The notes below the pieces were generated by a model. It did not search any database. It was not told the origin of the DNA and was given only the letters and a program-made list of their open reading frames with translations. From Ascoidea asiatica JCM 7603 (lineage: Eukaryota > Fungi > Ascomycota), in NCBI GenBank assembly GCA_001600695.1, contig BCKQ01000005.1, positions 556,093 to 620,092 on the forward strand: DNA of 64,000 bases. The letters run 5' to 3'. A program made the translations under genes and the position numbers. Each line of letters begins with the position of its first letter. Position 1 is the first letter of the stretch. This document shows, piece after piece, positions 21,430 through 33,812 of the stretch.

Positions 21430-24400
21430 TCATACTATTACTACAACAGAATCTCCATCCTCAACCATATCCCCGTTTACATGAAATATCTTATGCACTT
21501 TTCCTTCTTTAGGAGAAGTCACAGTCATTTCAGTTTTCATGGCTTCAACAACAATTAATCCCTGGCCTTTACTAACAGTATCACCAACTTTAACCAAAGG
21601 CTTCCAAAATCTGCCAGAATATTCAGAATAAACAAGTTCTGCTCCTTCAGGAAGCTTATCCCCTTCAGATTTTTTTATTCCTCCAGTTTTCTCTAGCTCT
21701 TGATTTGCTACCTGAATTAGTTTACTGAACTCCTTACTCTTTTCACCTCCTTGATTATCTTGAAAGTTTTTTATGGAATCTATATTTTCTTGAACCCATT
21801 CAAGATACTTTCCATGATCAAATATACTATCAGATACTTCAACTTTAAATCTACCTTGATTGGCCTCATCACACATTATATTCAACTCTTTTTCTGTCAC
21901 TGGATAAAATTCAACTTGGTCAAATGGTGTTAGCAACCATGGATGTTCCTGACTATGATTTCCCAAAGAAAGTTTATCCCATATTGGAATTGTTCTACCA
22001 ACTAACTGATAACCACCAGGTGATTCCATAGTATAAATACACATGTACATACCACCAATACCAACTGTACCATTTGGAGTGAATGTACGAGAAGGATTGT
22101 ATTTAGTACCTAAAAATCTATGACGAGGGTCTAAAGGAACAGCACATGGAGCTCCAAGAAAAACATCACCTAATCCCAAAACTAAAAATCTAGCAGTATA
22201 GAGCATATCTTTAACATCTGAGCGAGTTATTTCGTTAACATTGGCAATGAAATCAACATTATTTGGCAACCAAGGAGCGTCAGAACGAATCGTTTCCCTA
22301 TAACGAGTAACAGCATCAATAGTTTTTTGATCTTCAAAAGCCATTGGCAATCTGATTAGCTTCGAAGGAACCTTCCACTTTGTAACACTTACGATTTCTC
22401 TTTCATATGCAATTAACGTATTTAAGAGCACGTTTTGTGTAGTTAAATACCCATCAAATTCAACTAATACAGACCTAACACCTTGAGACATTTCTACAAT
22501 GCCAACTGTCTTATTCTGTTGAACCATATTATACAATCTATTAATTCGGTATGAAAGGTTAAGATCAAGTTCGTTATTTCCATACTCTACCAATATATAA
22601 CGATCTCCGGCTTGACGATAAACAGTTCTAGGAGTATTTCTATTAGCTGGAGTCTCTGCAAGAATTGGATTTACCAGTTTTTCCATAGCTGTAGAGGAAG
22701 AAACAATAGGCAAAATTCCTTCAAGACTTCCAATACATTTATCTTGTTCAACTTTTATCTTTCTTGCAGTTTCATACGAAATTGGAACAAATTTAATAAA
22801 ATCACCTGGTTTAACTTGACCAATTTTCCACATTTCTGCTTCTGCTACAACAGCTGCACAAACAAACCCACCCAATGATGGACCATCGACAGTCAAAATA
22901 ACAGGCTCATCACCGGTAAAATTTATAGCACCCATTGAATAAACATAGTCATGAGCATTAGAAGGATGTAAACCGGCTTCTCCACCATCTGGCCTAGCCC
23001 ATTTTGGTTTAGGTCCAATTAACCTAACACCAAATCTATTAGAATTATAATGTATTTTCCATTTTTCTTGGAAAAAAGTTTCAATATATTCTGATTTGAA
23101 AAAATCTGGGGCACCATGAGGACCACAAGTAACACCAACAGTCCATTCCTTTGATGGAAAATCAAGAATTAAGCTGGAAGAAATTTTCGAAGGAGCAGCC
23201 TCTGGAGCCAATAATGATCCGGATTTGAGAGCAGGTTGATTTAAGAATAAAACATCACTTTTCTTTAAAACTCTTCCATTGAAACCACCTAAATTTCCGA
23301 GAGCAAATGTAGATCTTGAACCAAGATATTCAGTAACATCAATGCCGCCTCTAACTGCTAAATATGACCTACAACCGGAAGAGAGTTTTCCAATTGTTAA
23401 TTTATCCCCTTTATTAACAGTTATTGGTTCCCACATTGATTTAGGGACATCATTAATAGTTACTGGAGCTTTTCCACCAGTTATCGAAATAACAGTCTCA
23501 TTATGAAATAAAATGGTTGGACCATTAAGAGTGATTTCAAAACCCGGTGCCTTTGAAGAATTTCCAACTATTTTATTTGCAATTCTAAAAGAATAATTAT
23601 CCATTGGGCCTGAGGGAGGAACACCAATTCTCCAATATCCTACTCTACCTGGATAATCTTGAACAGTTGTGTAAGCACCAGGTGAAATAATTTCTAAGGC
23701 ATGCGCATTATATTCAAACGAATCTAAGACTTTTGTTGCAACTTTGGCTTCTGCAAACATTTTTGAATTGGCAATTGATCTTAAATAATCAATATTAGAA
23801 ACGCATCCATAAACAACCGTTTCATCCAAAGCTTTACAAAGTTTCTGTAAACATTCATTACGATCTTTTCCATGAACAATAATTTTGGCTAAAGTTGGAT
23901 CATATTCAGAACTGATAATTGTACCTTTTTTAACCCAGGTGTCAATTCTAGCCCATTCAGGAAACTTGATTTCTGTTAATTGACCTGGAGAAGGTTTAAA
24001 TCCCTTTACAGGGTTTTCGGCATAAAGTCTTGCTTCCATAGAAGCACCTGAAACTGTAATTTTCTGATTAAAATCTGGAGCCATATCTGCAGCAATATAA
24101 ATCATCCATTCAACCAAATCAAGACCTGTAACCATTTCTGTAACCGGGTGTTCTACTTGCAAACGAGTATTAACCTCAAGGAAATAAAACTCATCTCTTT
24201 TTTCATCATAAATAAATTCAACAGTACCTGCACATCTATAGTTTAGTATTGAGGCCAATTGTTCTGAAGCCTTTCTCATTTTCAATCTTGTAGACTCTGG
24301 TAATCTAGGAGCTGGAGTTTCTTCAATAACTTTTTGATTACGACGTTGTAAAGAACAATCACGTTCTCCAACGGCAATTGCATTACCATGACCATCTCCT

Positions 24401-26919
24401 AATATTTGAATTTCTACATGTCTTGCATTTTCAACAAACCTTTCAATAAATACACCTGAATCACCAAAGTAAGATTTAGCTTGATGTTGAACAGTTGCGA
24501 ATACTCTTTTTATATCTTTAGCAGATTCAACTTTTTGTAGACCAATACCACCACCACCAGCAGTTGATTTTACCATAACTGGATACTCTAACTTTTCAGC
24601 AATTTCTGCAGCTTCATCGGCAGACTTGACTAAGCCTGATCCTGGTGCTAAAGGAACTTCAGCTTTCTTTGCAATTTCTCTTGCGGAATGTTTTAGTCCC
24701 AATCTTCTAATTGCATCACCAGTTGGGCCAACGAAAATTATATTTTCTTGTTCACATTTATCAGAAAAATCAGCATTTTCGGAAAGAAACCCATAACCAG
24801 GAATAATAGCTTGTGCATTTGATTCTTTTGCAGCTTTTATAATTTTATCAATTGAAAGATAAGTTTCTGCAGCAGTTCTACCATGTAAAGGAATAGAAAT
24901 ATCTGCATCATCAACATGTTGAGCATATTTATCAAGATCAGAATAAACTGCAACAGATTGTATTCCAAGTTTTTTTAAAGTTTTAATAATTCTAACAGCA
25001 ATTTCACCTCTATTAGCAACTAAAACAGTTTCAAATGGTTTTTTTAAAGATTTTGAAGATAATTTTAAAGAATTCATATAATTTTTCCAACCACCAAATT
25101 CAGTAATATCTTTTGTTCCTTTTTGTAAATAACCAAATTCTTCACAAATAAAAGATTTTATCCATTCACCAGTATTTAATTCAACAGAACCAATTCCTAA
25201 AGGTTCTGGAACCATATTAATAAATTTACCAAAATTTTCAATAGGTATAGAATATATTTCAAGATTTATTTCAGAACCATTTTCATTATCAGCAACTCTT
25301 CTTAAACCAGGTTTTGCAATTGGACCATTTTTTGGTAAAGAATATAATTTATAATTTGAAGAAGTTTTAGAATTTGATAAAAAAGAAGCATTACAAATAT
25401 CTAATTGCCATTGTAATTCAAAACCTTTTAAATGAGCACCAACTACAGCTAATTTTATTGAATTATTTAAATCTGGTTTTGGTATACATGGAATTAATTT
25501 ATCACCAGAACCAATTAATTTTGATTTTAAACCACCAATAAATCTATTTGGTTGAACAGAACTTAAATATTGACTTGCTAAATCAAGTAAAGCATAATCA
25601 TTAAATTTATCAGAAATTAAAGTTATACCAAAAGGTAAACCATTTGATTTAAAACCTGCAGGTATTGATAAAGCTGATAAATCTGCTAAATTTACAAAAT
25701 TTGTCCAAGTACCTTGTTGAGAATTAATTTTTATTGGTTCATTTTCAATATCTTTAAAAGTTGGATTTAATGGAGCAGTTGGTACAATTAATACATGATA
25801 TTTTGAAATAATTTGTTTAACTTTTTGTAAAATACCTTGACGTTTATATTCATAATTAAAACAATCAACAGCATTAAATTTTATAGAAGAATTTATAATT
25901 GAAAGTACAGTTGGATCTAAAGTATCAATTGAAGGATTTGATTTTAAAAAATTTTCAGTTGCAGCATATCTTTCAACAACCCATGGACCTTCATAAAGAC
26001 ATTTAGCTAAATCTAATAAAGGATTAAAATCAATTGAATCAATATTTGAATTTAAAAATTTTTTAAAATTTAAAATTGAATTTTTATATAAAATTTCATT
26101 ATCTTTTTCACCATACCAAGGTAAATTTAAAGGTACAGCAATTTTTAAATTTGAATTTTTATTTATTGGAAATTTTAAAAGTGGATTTTTTGGAAATGAA
26201 GTTGAATATTCATCATTATTAATATCAGGTTTTGCTAAAATATTTAAAGTTAATTGAGCATCAGATAAATTTAAAGCAAAGATTGAAACACAATCTAAAG
26301 ATTTACAAGCAGGTATTACACCATAACAAGATAATAAACCTTTTGAAGGTTTTAAACCAATTAAATTATTTAACATTGCAGGAACTCTACCAGAACCGGC
26401 GGTATCAGTACCTAAAGCAATTGGTACAATACCTCTAGAAACAACGGAAGCAGAACCTGCAGAAGAACCACCAGATACATGATTTTTACTAAATACACAA
26501 GGAGTTTTACCATATGGGGATCTTGTACCAACTAAACCAGTTGCAAATTGATCTAAATTTGTTTTACCAATAATTATTGCACCAGAATTTTTTAAAAGTT
26601 TTGAAACAGTTGAATCAATTTTTGATAAATATTTAAAACTTGGACAAGCAGCAGTTGTAAAGAAATTTTTAACATCAATATTATCTTTTATTGCAACAGG
26701 TACACCATATAAAGGTAAAGATTGTTTATTTGATTTTGATTGTAATATTGACCATTGATGTTTCAATTCATCAATTGTTGAAATTGAGATCCAAGCAGGA
26801 TCAATTGGAGAAATTTTTAAAGAATTTAATAAATTTAATAAAGTATTAAAAGAATGATCAGGAGTTGATTCTTCATGGAAATTTTTCCAATCAGATATTG
26901 TCCAACCTATTGTTGACAT
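21430..26919 (-). CDS. DUR1,2: Urea amidolyase (allophanate hydrolase + urea carboxylase, biotin-dependent)
   Basis: Amidase signature GGSSAGSAS/LGTDTAGSGRVP, biotin carboxylase ANRGEIA/GGGGIG/ERDCSLQRRNQK/FLEVNTRLQVEHP, carboxyltransferase and biotinyl EAMKTE; 1829 aa. Confidence 0.98.
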   Translation of the reverse strand: MSTIGWTISDWKNFHEESTPDHSFNTLLNLLNSLKISPIDPAWISISTIDELKHQWSILQSKSNKQSLPLYGVPVAIKDNIDVKNFFTTAACPSFKYLSKIDSTVSKLLKNSGAIIIGKTNLDQFATGLVGTRSPYGKTPCVFSKNHVSGGSSAGSASVVSRGIVPIALGTDTAGSGRVPAMLNNLIGLKPSKGLLSCYGVIPACKSLDCVSIFALNLSDAQLTLNILAKPDINNDEYSTSFPKNPLLKFPINKNSNLKIAVPLNLPWYGEKDNEILYKNSILNFKKFLNSNIDSIDFNPLLDLAKCLYEGPWVVERYAATENFLKSNPSIDTLDPTVLSIINSSIKFNAVDCFNYEYKRQGILQKVKQIISKYHVLIVPTAPLNPTFKDIENEPIKINSQQGTWTNFVNLADLSALSIPAGFKSNGLPFGITLISDKFNDYALLDLASQYLSSVQPNRFIGGLKSKLIGSGDKLIPCIPKPDLNNSIKLAVVGAHLKGFELQWQLDICNASFLSNSKTSSNYKLYSLPKNGPIAKPGLRRVADNENGSEINLEIYSIPIENFGKFINMVPEPLGIGSVELNTGEWIKSFICEEFGYLQKGTKDITEFGGWKNYMNSLKLSSKSLKKPFETVLVANRGEIAVRIIKTLKKLGIQSVAVYSDLDKYAQHVDDADISIPLHGRTAAETYLSIDKIIKAAKESNAQAIIPGYGFLSENADFSDKCEQENIIFVGPTGDAIRRLGLKHSAREIAKKAEVPLAPGSGLVKSADEAAEIAEKLEYPVMVKSTAGGGGIGLQKVESAKDIKRVFATVQHQAKSYFGDSGVFIERFVENARHVEIQILGDGHGNAIAVGERDCSLQRRNQKVIEETPAPRLPESTRLKMRKASEQLASILNYRCAGTVEFIYDEKRDEFYFLEVNTRLQVEHPVTEMVTGLDLVEWMIYIAADMAPDFNQKITVSGASMEARLYAENPVKGFKPSPGQLTEIKFPEWARIDTWVKKGTIISSEYDPTLAKIIVHGKDRNECLQKLCKALDETVVYGCVSNIDYLRSIANSKMFAEAKVATKVLDSFEYNAHALEIISPGAYTTVQDYPGRVGYWRIGVPPSGPMDNYSFRIANKIVGNSSKAPGFEITLNGPTILFHNETVISITGGKAPVTINDVPKSMWEPITVNKGDKLTIGKLSSGCRSYLAVRGGIDVTEYLGSRSTFALGNLGGFNGRVLKKSDVLFLNQPALKSGSLLAPEAAPSKISSSLILDFPSKEWTVGVTCGPHGAPDFFKSEYIETFFQEKWKIHYNSNRFGVRLIGPKPKWARPDGGEAGLHPSNAHDYVYSMGAINFTGDEPVILTVDGPSLGGFVCAAVVAEAEMWKIGQVKPGDFIKFVPISYETARKIKVEQDKCIGSLEGILPIVSSSTAMEKLVNPILAETPANRNTPRTVYRQAGDRYILVEYGNNELDLNLSYRINRLYNMVQQNKTVGIVEMSQGVRSVLVEFDGYLTTQNVLLNTLIAYEREIVSVTKWKVPSKLIRLPMAFEDQKTIDAVTRYRETIRSDAPWLPNNVDFIANVNEITRSDVKDMLYTARFLVLGLGDVFLGAPCAVPLDPRHRFLGTKYNPSRTFTPNGTVGIGGMYMCIYTMESPGGYQLVGRTIPIWDKLSLGNHSQEHPWLLTPFDQVEFYPVTEKELNIMCDEANQGRFKVEVSDSIFDHGKYLEWVQENIDSIKNFQDNQGGEKSKEFSKLIQVANQELEKTGGIKKSEGDKLPEGAELVYSEYSGRFWKPLVKVGDTVSKGQGLIVVEAMKTEMTVTSPKEGKVHKIFHVNGDMVEDGDSVVVIV

Positions 26920-27554
26920 TATTTTATAAGTATTATTATAATAATCTTGATAATTTTAATTAATTATGATTAAAAATGAATGTTAAATAAATAGAAAAAA
27001 ATTATTTTTTGAACTTAAGCTAGATAAATATAAATTTTAACTTTATAAGTTAATTTTTATTATTAGTAATTGAGAAATTGAAATAAAAATTGAAATTATT
27101 ATGAATATGAATATATATTCGAGTTACAATTATAATTACAATTTTTTATATAAAAAAAAAAAGAGTAAATATCGAAATATTTATATAATTATAATATACT
27201 GTATATATTTGATAAGTGAACTTAATTTTAATTTGAAAGAATTAAATCACTTTTAGGATTCAAAATTTTTGGATCAAATTTTTATTAAATTGATAAAAAA
27301 ATTGGATTGATATTGAGATTAAATATTGATGATTATTAAAAGTGATAAAGAAATAAGAAGAAAGAAAATAAAAAAGAATTGAAATTGGAATTGGAATTGG
27401 AATTTGAATTGGAATTAGAATTCGCCTTTATAATTGAAAAACAAGAAGAATTGATAGAGACATATTTTCAGTTCATACAGAAAAAGAATTCAAAATTTAT
27501 GGGTATCAGATTAGGCTAATAGCTAATATGATTTATCTTATTACTAAGAGCATC

Positions 27555-28240
27555 TCAGAGTAAAGCCCATAGATACACAGTGAACCCAGAGTGGCCCAGA
27601 GTGGCCCAGAGTGGCCCAGAGTGGCCCAGAGTGGCCCAGAGATAAGGCGGAGCAGGTCGAGACAGGCCCTGAAGAGCCAGCTGCTCAGCAACACCCGCCA
27701 GAACTTCGAAGCTGTCTTCGCCGACGGAGCAGGCAGCGAAGAACAAAGACTCGAACTGCTTTATTTATTCAGTTCCCCTTCCCAGTCGATGCTGAAGGGT
27801 GAAGCTGTTCCCCTTCTCTGTCGGCAGTCAGACAGACACTCTCACACCCACGAGAGACAGTCCAAGACGACTTTGGAGACACCTCACACAGGAGATAAAG
27901 GGAACATCGAAAACAACAAACAAATCCAGAAGAACCAGAAGAACCAGAAGAACAAAGAGAATCACGAGAAGCAGAAGAATCACGAGAAGCAGAAATTGCA
28001 AAAACAGCGAGAATCAGATTCGGGAGCCCGATGCAGCGCTTTTCTTCCCTGGGGCCCAGCCGGTCACGTTCCGCGCTCTCACAGGCTATCTCCCTCTGTC
28101 TGCGTTGCGTTATCAGTCTATCTCGGTCTATCTCGGTGGCGAGAGGCTAATGCAAGCCACGCGTGCTGGCGCCAGCTCCCATTATCTGTTTCCTTAACCA
28201 GCTCACTTCGATTTCGCCGAAAATACGATTCGTTTCTGTG
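27555..28240. promoter_or_regulatory. GC-rich island in the DUR1,2 upstream region with multiple GATA-type sites
   Basis: Spot count 36/60 GC at 27661-27720, against very AT-rich flanks. GATAAG at 27641, GATAAA at ~27894, TTATC at ~28110 and ~28182. GATA-dependent nitrogen regulation of DUR1,2 is established in yeasts. Confidence 0.5.
27585..27641 (+). repeat. (CCCAGAGTGG)x5.7 minisatellite
   Basis: Five perfect 10-mers plus CCCAGAG, running into GATAAG. Confidence 0.95.
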
Positions 28241-29378
28241 ATTTTGAATTCAACAAAGCATTTATGCGATTCAAGCTTAGCTTTTACTCCATCTATTGAA
28301 AGTTATTATTATTATTATTATTGCCAACACATTTATTCGAATAAAAGGATGTCATTTCAAAGTATTACTTAGCGAAGATACAAGAACTAGAAGAAACTTG
28401 GTATTTTACCCCATAAAACTATCGTAGCAATCGATTTCTCCAATTCTCCAACCTTATTTACGCTTTCCAGCTTTGAATCGTAGTAGTAGCCGATACCCGT
28501 AAAACAACCACCAAACTGGCTTTGATTACATTACAAAACTATTGAAATCGATTTTAAAAGTAGGGCTTTTTCAAGGTCCAAATTTCTTGTATTGATGTTA
28601 TCACGTGTTTCAGTGAATAATTTCAATCCTTTCCCGCGGGAAGTTTCCAGGTAAACGATTGTGTTAATTCCGGGGGAACTTTCCATTTAAAGTTGGTTCT
28701 TAATCAACGTTAACGTCACGAGTCATTTTCTCAAGCTTCATCCTTATTTTTGGTCTCACTTTGGATTTGTAAATTAAATGGCTTATAGTATCATATCACT
28801 ACTGTATTCGGTAAGAATAATATTGGTATATCTCTAAAATATTGCTTAAAAATTATTATTGTATATTTAGTTTTAAATGATATTTTTTGAATATATATTC
28901 AATTGATTAAAATATATTAGAAAAATTCAAAAAATTTGAAAGATTTGATATAAATGCACTATTGAATTAAAGTATTCTAAGAAAGAATAATTAAAAAACT
29001 TGAAAATAAGAAAATTTATAAAAATATTATTATTATTGTTATTATTATTATTATAATTATTATCATTATTGAACAATTGAATTAAAAATGTAAATAAATA
29101 ATAATCACAATCAAAAAATTAATGTATATAACAATAAAATGATAATATAAAAATATTAAAAAAATAAAATAAAAACAAAATTTTTTTAAAAAAAAAAAAA
29201 AGAAATAATGAAGCTTCTCTATTAAAACACCAGCTAAAATTTATTAAAACCCAGAAAATGAAAATATTAAAAAAACAAAAAAAAAAAAAAAATTTATGAT
29301 TTAAGAAATAAATAAAAAAAAAGGGTATATTAATTAAATAATTAATGAATAAAATCTTTAAAAAAATAAATAAAATAG

Positions 29379-29437
29379 AATAAAATAAAAATAAAATAAA
29401 AATAAAATAAAAATAAAATAAAAATAAAATAAAAATA
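29379..29437 (+). repeat. (AAAAT)n microsatellite downstream of the AHK1-like gene
   Basis: About 11 consecutive AAAAT units. Confidence 0.85.
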
Positions 29438-29489
29438 AATAAAAAATCTATGATATCCATTCATCCAATCATATAATTATATATTTATA

Positions 29490-32400
29490 TTATAATGCAT
29501 TGATTTTCATAATAGGAACATCTGTTAATAATAATGGTGCTATAGTTTTACTATAATCATTACTTATTTCATTATCATTTTCTTTAGAAATAAAATTCTC
29601 ATATTCTTTAACAACTGTATTCCATTCACTTAATGCTTTACCTGAATTTCCCCAATTCTTATACAATCTATTTTTCATTTTATTACTTATTATTCCAAAA
29701 TTCTCATATTTTTTATTAATATCATAACTATTACCAATATTATTATTATTATTATTATTATTATCATTATTATAGTATCGATTATCTGTATTGGAATTGG
29801 AAAATGGAATTGATGGAACTTTTGGAATTAATTCTTCTACATTCATTTCATTTTCAGAAATAAATTTAATTTTTTTATTATTAATTTCATTAATTTCTTT
29901 TTGTTGATTACCATCTGAAAAAATTAATTGAAATTTAAAATTTGGTCGTGGAATATCTGGTGCTTTTTTATTAAATTCTGGTGGTGGAGGTATTGTATTC
30001 ATTGATCTTGGAAATTCTGCTATTGAATTTAATTGACTTAATGATTTATTTTTCAGTAATATTGATTTTTTACCTAAATTTGAAAATGAATCATCTGAAA
30101 TTGAAGATGCATCTTCAAATGATGTAACTGATGATGGTGTTGAAAAATTTGATGAAAATATACTTGGACTTATAGATCCTGATCCATTAGTCTTTGCACT
30201 ATTTGATGATGTAAATGAATGAACTGATTTAAAACTACTAATAAATGTTGACCTTTTACTTAATCTTTGATTACTTGGAGTTTTTGGTAATGAATTTATA
30301 AAATTATTTTTTTTATCTTTATTATTCAGTTCTTGAATTGAATTATCTGCACTTTTTGATCTTCTAAAAAATTTAAGTGCTGATCCTAATGATGAAATTA
30401 TTGTACTACTTCTATTCATTTGAGAATTATCACTAAACAGTCTTGAATTACCAAAATTTGAATTACTATGAAGTGTTTCCATACTATATAAACTATTATC
30501 TGACAATGAAATTGGACTTGTAGGTTCAAGATATTCTTTTCCACTAACACCCATTTGTAATGCTGATGAACTTGGTGAAAAACTATAAACTGCATCATCA
30601 AAAACTTCAAAAGAATGAATTTTTCTAACATTTTTATTATTTGCTGATGAAACAATATCATTAAATACAACTGTATTAATTAATTTATGTTCAAGTTCAT
30701 CTTTTTCTTTTCTATTTTTTTCAATTATACTAAGAGTTTCATTAATATTATTATTAATATCATTATCATTATTATTAGAAAGTATTGTATTAGTTGAATT
30801 AATTTCTGAAGCTGTAATCGAATTAATAATTATTTTTCTATTCGAATTTACATATGAATAACCAAGTTGAGATTTCAGAAAATTATCTCCTTTAGATAAA
30901 TTAATAAGTTTAGAAAAATTTTGAAAAGATTCTTGTAATCTAGATTCAATTAATAATTTCAAAGTTTGATCATTATCATATAATGAAGAATATGAAGGAT
31001 AATTATTAAATCTAGCTAATTTCCATACTAATAATCTAATATAATAAGATCTAACTAATGGTTGCCAATGAACAAAATATCTATTCCAATTCTCTACTGA
31101 AATTAACCAATTTGAAAGATTCCATTTATATCCTTCTCTTGAACTTATAAACCATTTGGAAAATGTACTTGAATTTTTACTTGATAAATTATCAGTAAAG
31201 GAATTATTTAAAGATAAATCTGGAGAAAATTTTATTCCATTATTAAAATCTGAAAAATCATCAGAAATAAAATCCCAAATATTAAAAAGAAATGAAAATG
31301 CTTTTAATTCAGAACTTATATATGAAGTTTTTAACATTGATTGAGTAGCACTAATCCAAAAACCCCAGTTAATAAAATGACTAAAATTATTATTTAAAAG
31401 AATATTATCATCATTATCTTGATCATTTTCATCAACTGAACATACATTAAATATAAATTCTTGAGTTAAATCTAATACAACATTAGCTCTAAGGAATTCA
31501 AATGATGAAACTTTTGAAGCAAAAATTGAAAATAATTGATCAAAATTCTTAATCAACAAGCCACTAAGACCTTTCTCATTTATATCATATGGATTATATA
31601 AAAAATCTCTTAAAACTTGAAAGATTCTAGAAATAGCATTGGTGAAACTAAATTCTGATTTATTTGTAACAAATGACCAAGTTATACTTGCTTGAAATTG
31701 TTGAGTAGTTGCCATACTAATGTTGGAATTTGAATTATTTTGATTTAGACCACCAGATGATCTGAAATTATTATTTTTATGAATTAAAGAGTTAGTACTT
31801 TTCATTTTATTTTGATTTTGATTATATGTTGGACTTTGATTTGGATTTGGATTATTTAATGTGCCATTATGAGAATTTTGGTTTGAGGTGGAAGAAGTAT
31901 TATTATTGATAATATTATTATTATTATTGTTTTGATTTAAAGAAGATGTTATACTTAATCTAGATTTTGGTCTAAGATTGTTTGAATTTGCATTAGAAAC
32001 AAGTAAATTTGAGCAACAATTATTAACAGTTGAAGATATTATTTCATATACATGTGCAGAAATAATTAAATAACCTGGAGAAAGTAATAAAGTATTATAA
32101 TTATTAAGAGATTCATTAATTGGAAATGAACAATTATCATCAACAATTAATGAAGATAGTAATGATAAATAATGCCTTAAAAAAGAAGCAAATACTTCAC
32201 TATTATGACTTGCCCATTTTCTTACCCATGGACCTCTTGGATCATCAATACCTTTAACAGGATGTATTGGAGGAGTGATTGCATTTAAATTTTTTTTGAA
32301 TTTTGATTTATATTTATTACGAGAATTATTGAATGAATTATTATTGGTGGTATTATTATTATTATTGATATTATTATTTCTAGTATTATTACTTTGATAA

Positions 32401-33736
32401 AAATTATAATTATCATAAACTTTATAAGTTTCAGTACCATTTTCTTTTAAAGAATTTATAATTTTATTTAAATTCATTAAATAATGAACAGTATTTGGAA
32501 ATTTATTAATTAATAAATTTTGATTTGATTTTAATTTATTTAAATTTGAAATTGATAAATTTAAGAAATTTTTTTCATAAATTAAAATTATTGAAGAATT
32601 TCTAACATTTAATAAAAATAATAAAGCATTTGAAACATTTGGTAAATAAAAAAAAGAATAAGCAAAAATTTTTCCAACAAAAGCAGAAGTTGATAAAGTT
32701 ACAGTTTTTAAATTTAATCTTTTAATTGAATAATCTAAAGTTTTAGTTAATAAAGTTATAAACATATTTGAAGGAGTTGGAGAATTTGATTTTAAGTTTG
32801 AATTTAATTTCCATTCAAATCTTGATAAAATTCTAGTTATACATTCTAAATAAGCAGCTTTATCAGCAGAAGATACAGGATGTTTATTATTTGATAAAGC
32901 AATAATTAAAGAATCCCACCATTTTGATAATAATTGTAAACCAATATTTGAAGTTTTTAAAGAATATTTTAAAGGTACTCTTCTATAAATATCATCAGTT
33001 TTTAAACGTAAAAAAGATAATAAAGATAATCTTAATAAATTAGTTCTATGAATACCATTTCTTGAATTAAATTTATTTAAATCAGAATCTAATTTTTTAT
33101 AATCATTTAAAATTCTTTTAAAATATTTTAAAGAAGATTCATTTTCTTGTGGAGTTAAAGGTTGATCATTTGAATTAAATTTTGATTTATTTTTATTTGA
33201 AATTTTATTTTTATATTTATTTGAATTTGATAAATTTGATAAATTTGTAAAATTTGAAATACTTGTGAAATTAGTTAATGAAGTTGATAAAGTACTATTA
33301 TTACTATTATTAATGATAATATCATCATTATCATCATCATTATTATTATTATTGTTGTTATTGATATTGTTATTGTTATTAAGATTAAGATCATTAATAT
33401 TTTTATTAGATTTAGAATTTGATATATTTAAGAAATGATGATGACGTTTATGTGAAAAAGTTAAGGAAGATGAAGATGATGAAGAAGATGAAGATTGAGG
33501 TAAGAATAAAGAAGGAGGTGGATCTAAAGGGGATAAAGGGGATGAATCTTTTAAATTTTTATTAACATTTAATAAATTCTCATTTTTATTATTATTGTTA
33601 TTATTATTATTGGATAAATCTATGTCAATATGAGCAGGGGATGGTTTACCTAAGAATAAATTAAATGAACTTCTTCTTGATTTTGATTTTGAAAGTAAAG
33701 TTGATTTTGACCTTGATCTTGATTTTAAAGTATTAC

Positions 33737-33786
<50 letters not shown>

Positions 33787-33812
33787 GGAGATGATAAAAT
33801 ATTAAAATCCAT
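29490..33812 (-). CDS. AHK1: DUF1765/UPF0592 family protein (Ahk1/YDL073W-like scaffold) with poly-Asn tracts
   Basis: RTNLLRLSLLSFLR, LLSKWWDSL, AYLECITRILSRFEW, AFVGKIFAYSFFYLP, FVHWQPLVRSYYIRLLVWKL, SGKALSEWNTVVKEYENF. Confidence 0.78.

Noticed and set aside
21430-26919. Horizontal or chimeric origin of DUR1,2 to explain its internal codon-usage shift
   Set aside because: The protein is a typical full-length yeast Dur1,2, and similar gradients occur in IRE1, DUS3 and UBP16, pointing to a regional effect.
27585-27641. Direct repeats as a CRISPR array or telomeric repeat
   Set aside because: No spacers, eukaryotic context and an internal location; identity with this species' telomere repeat cannot be judged from the window.
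27591-28241. 216-aa ORF and overlapping ORFs in the GC island
   Set aside because: GTG start inside a minisatellite, repeat-derived peptide, codon usage unlike the real genes, and several frames open simply because GC-rich DNA has few stops.
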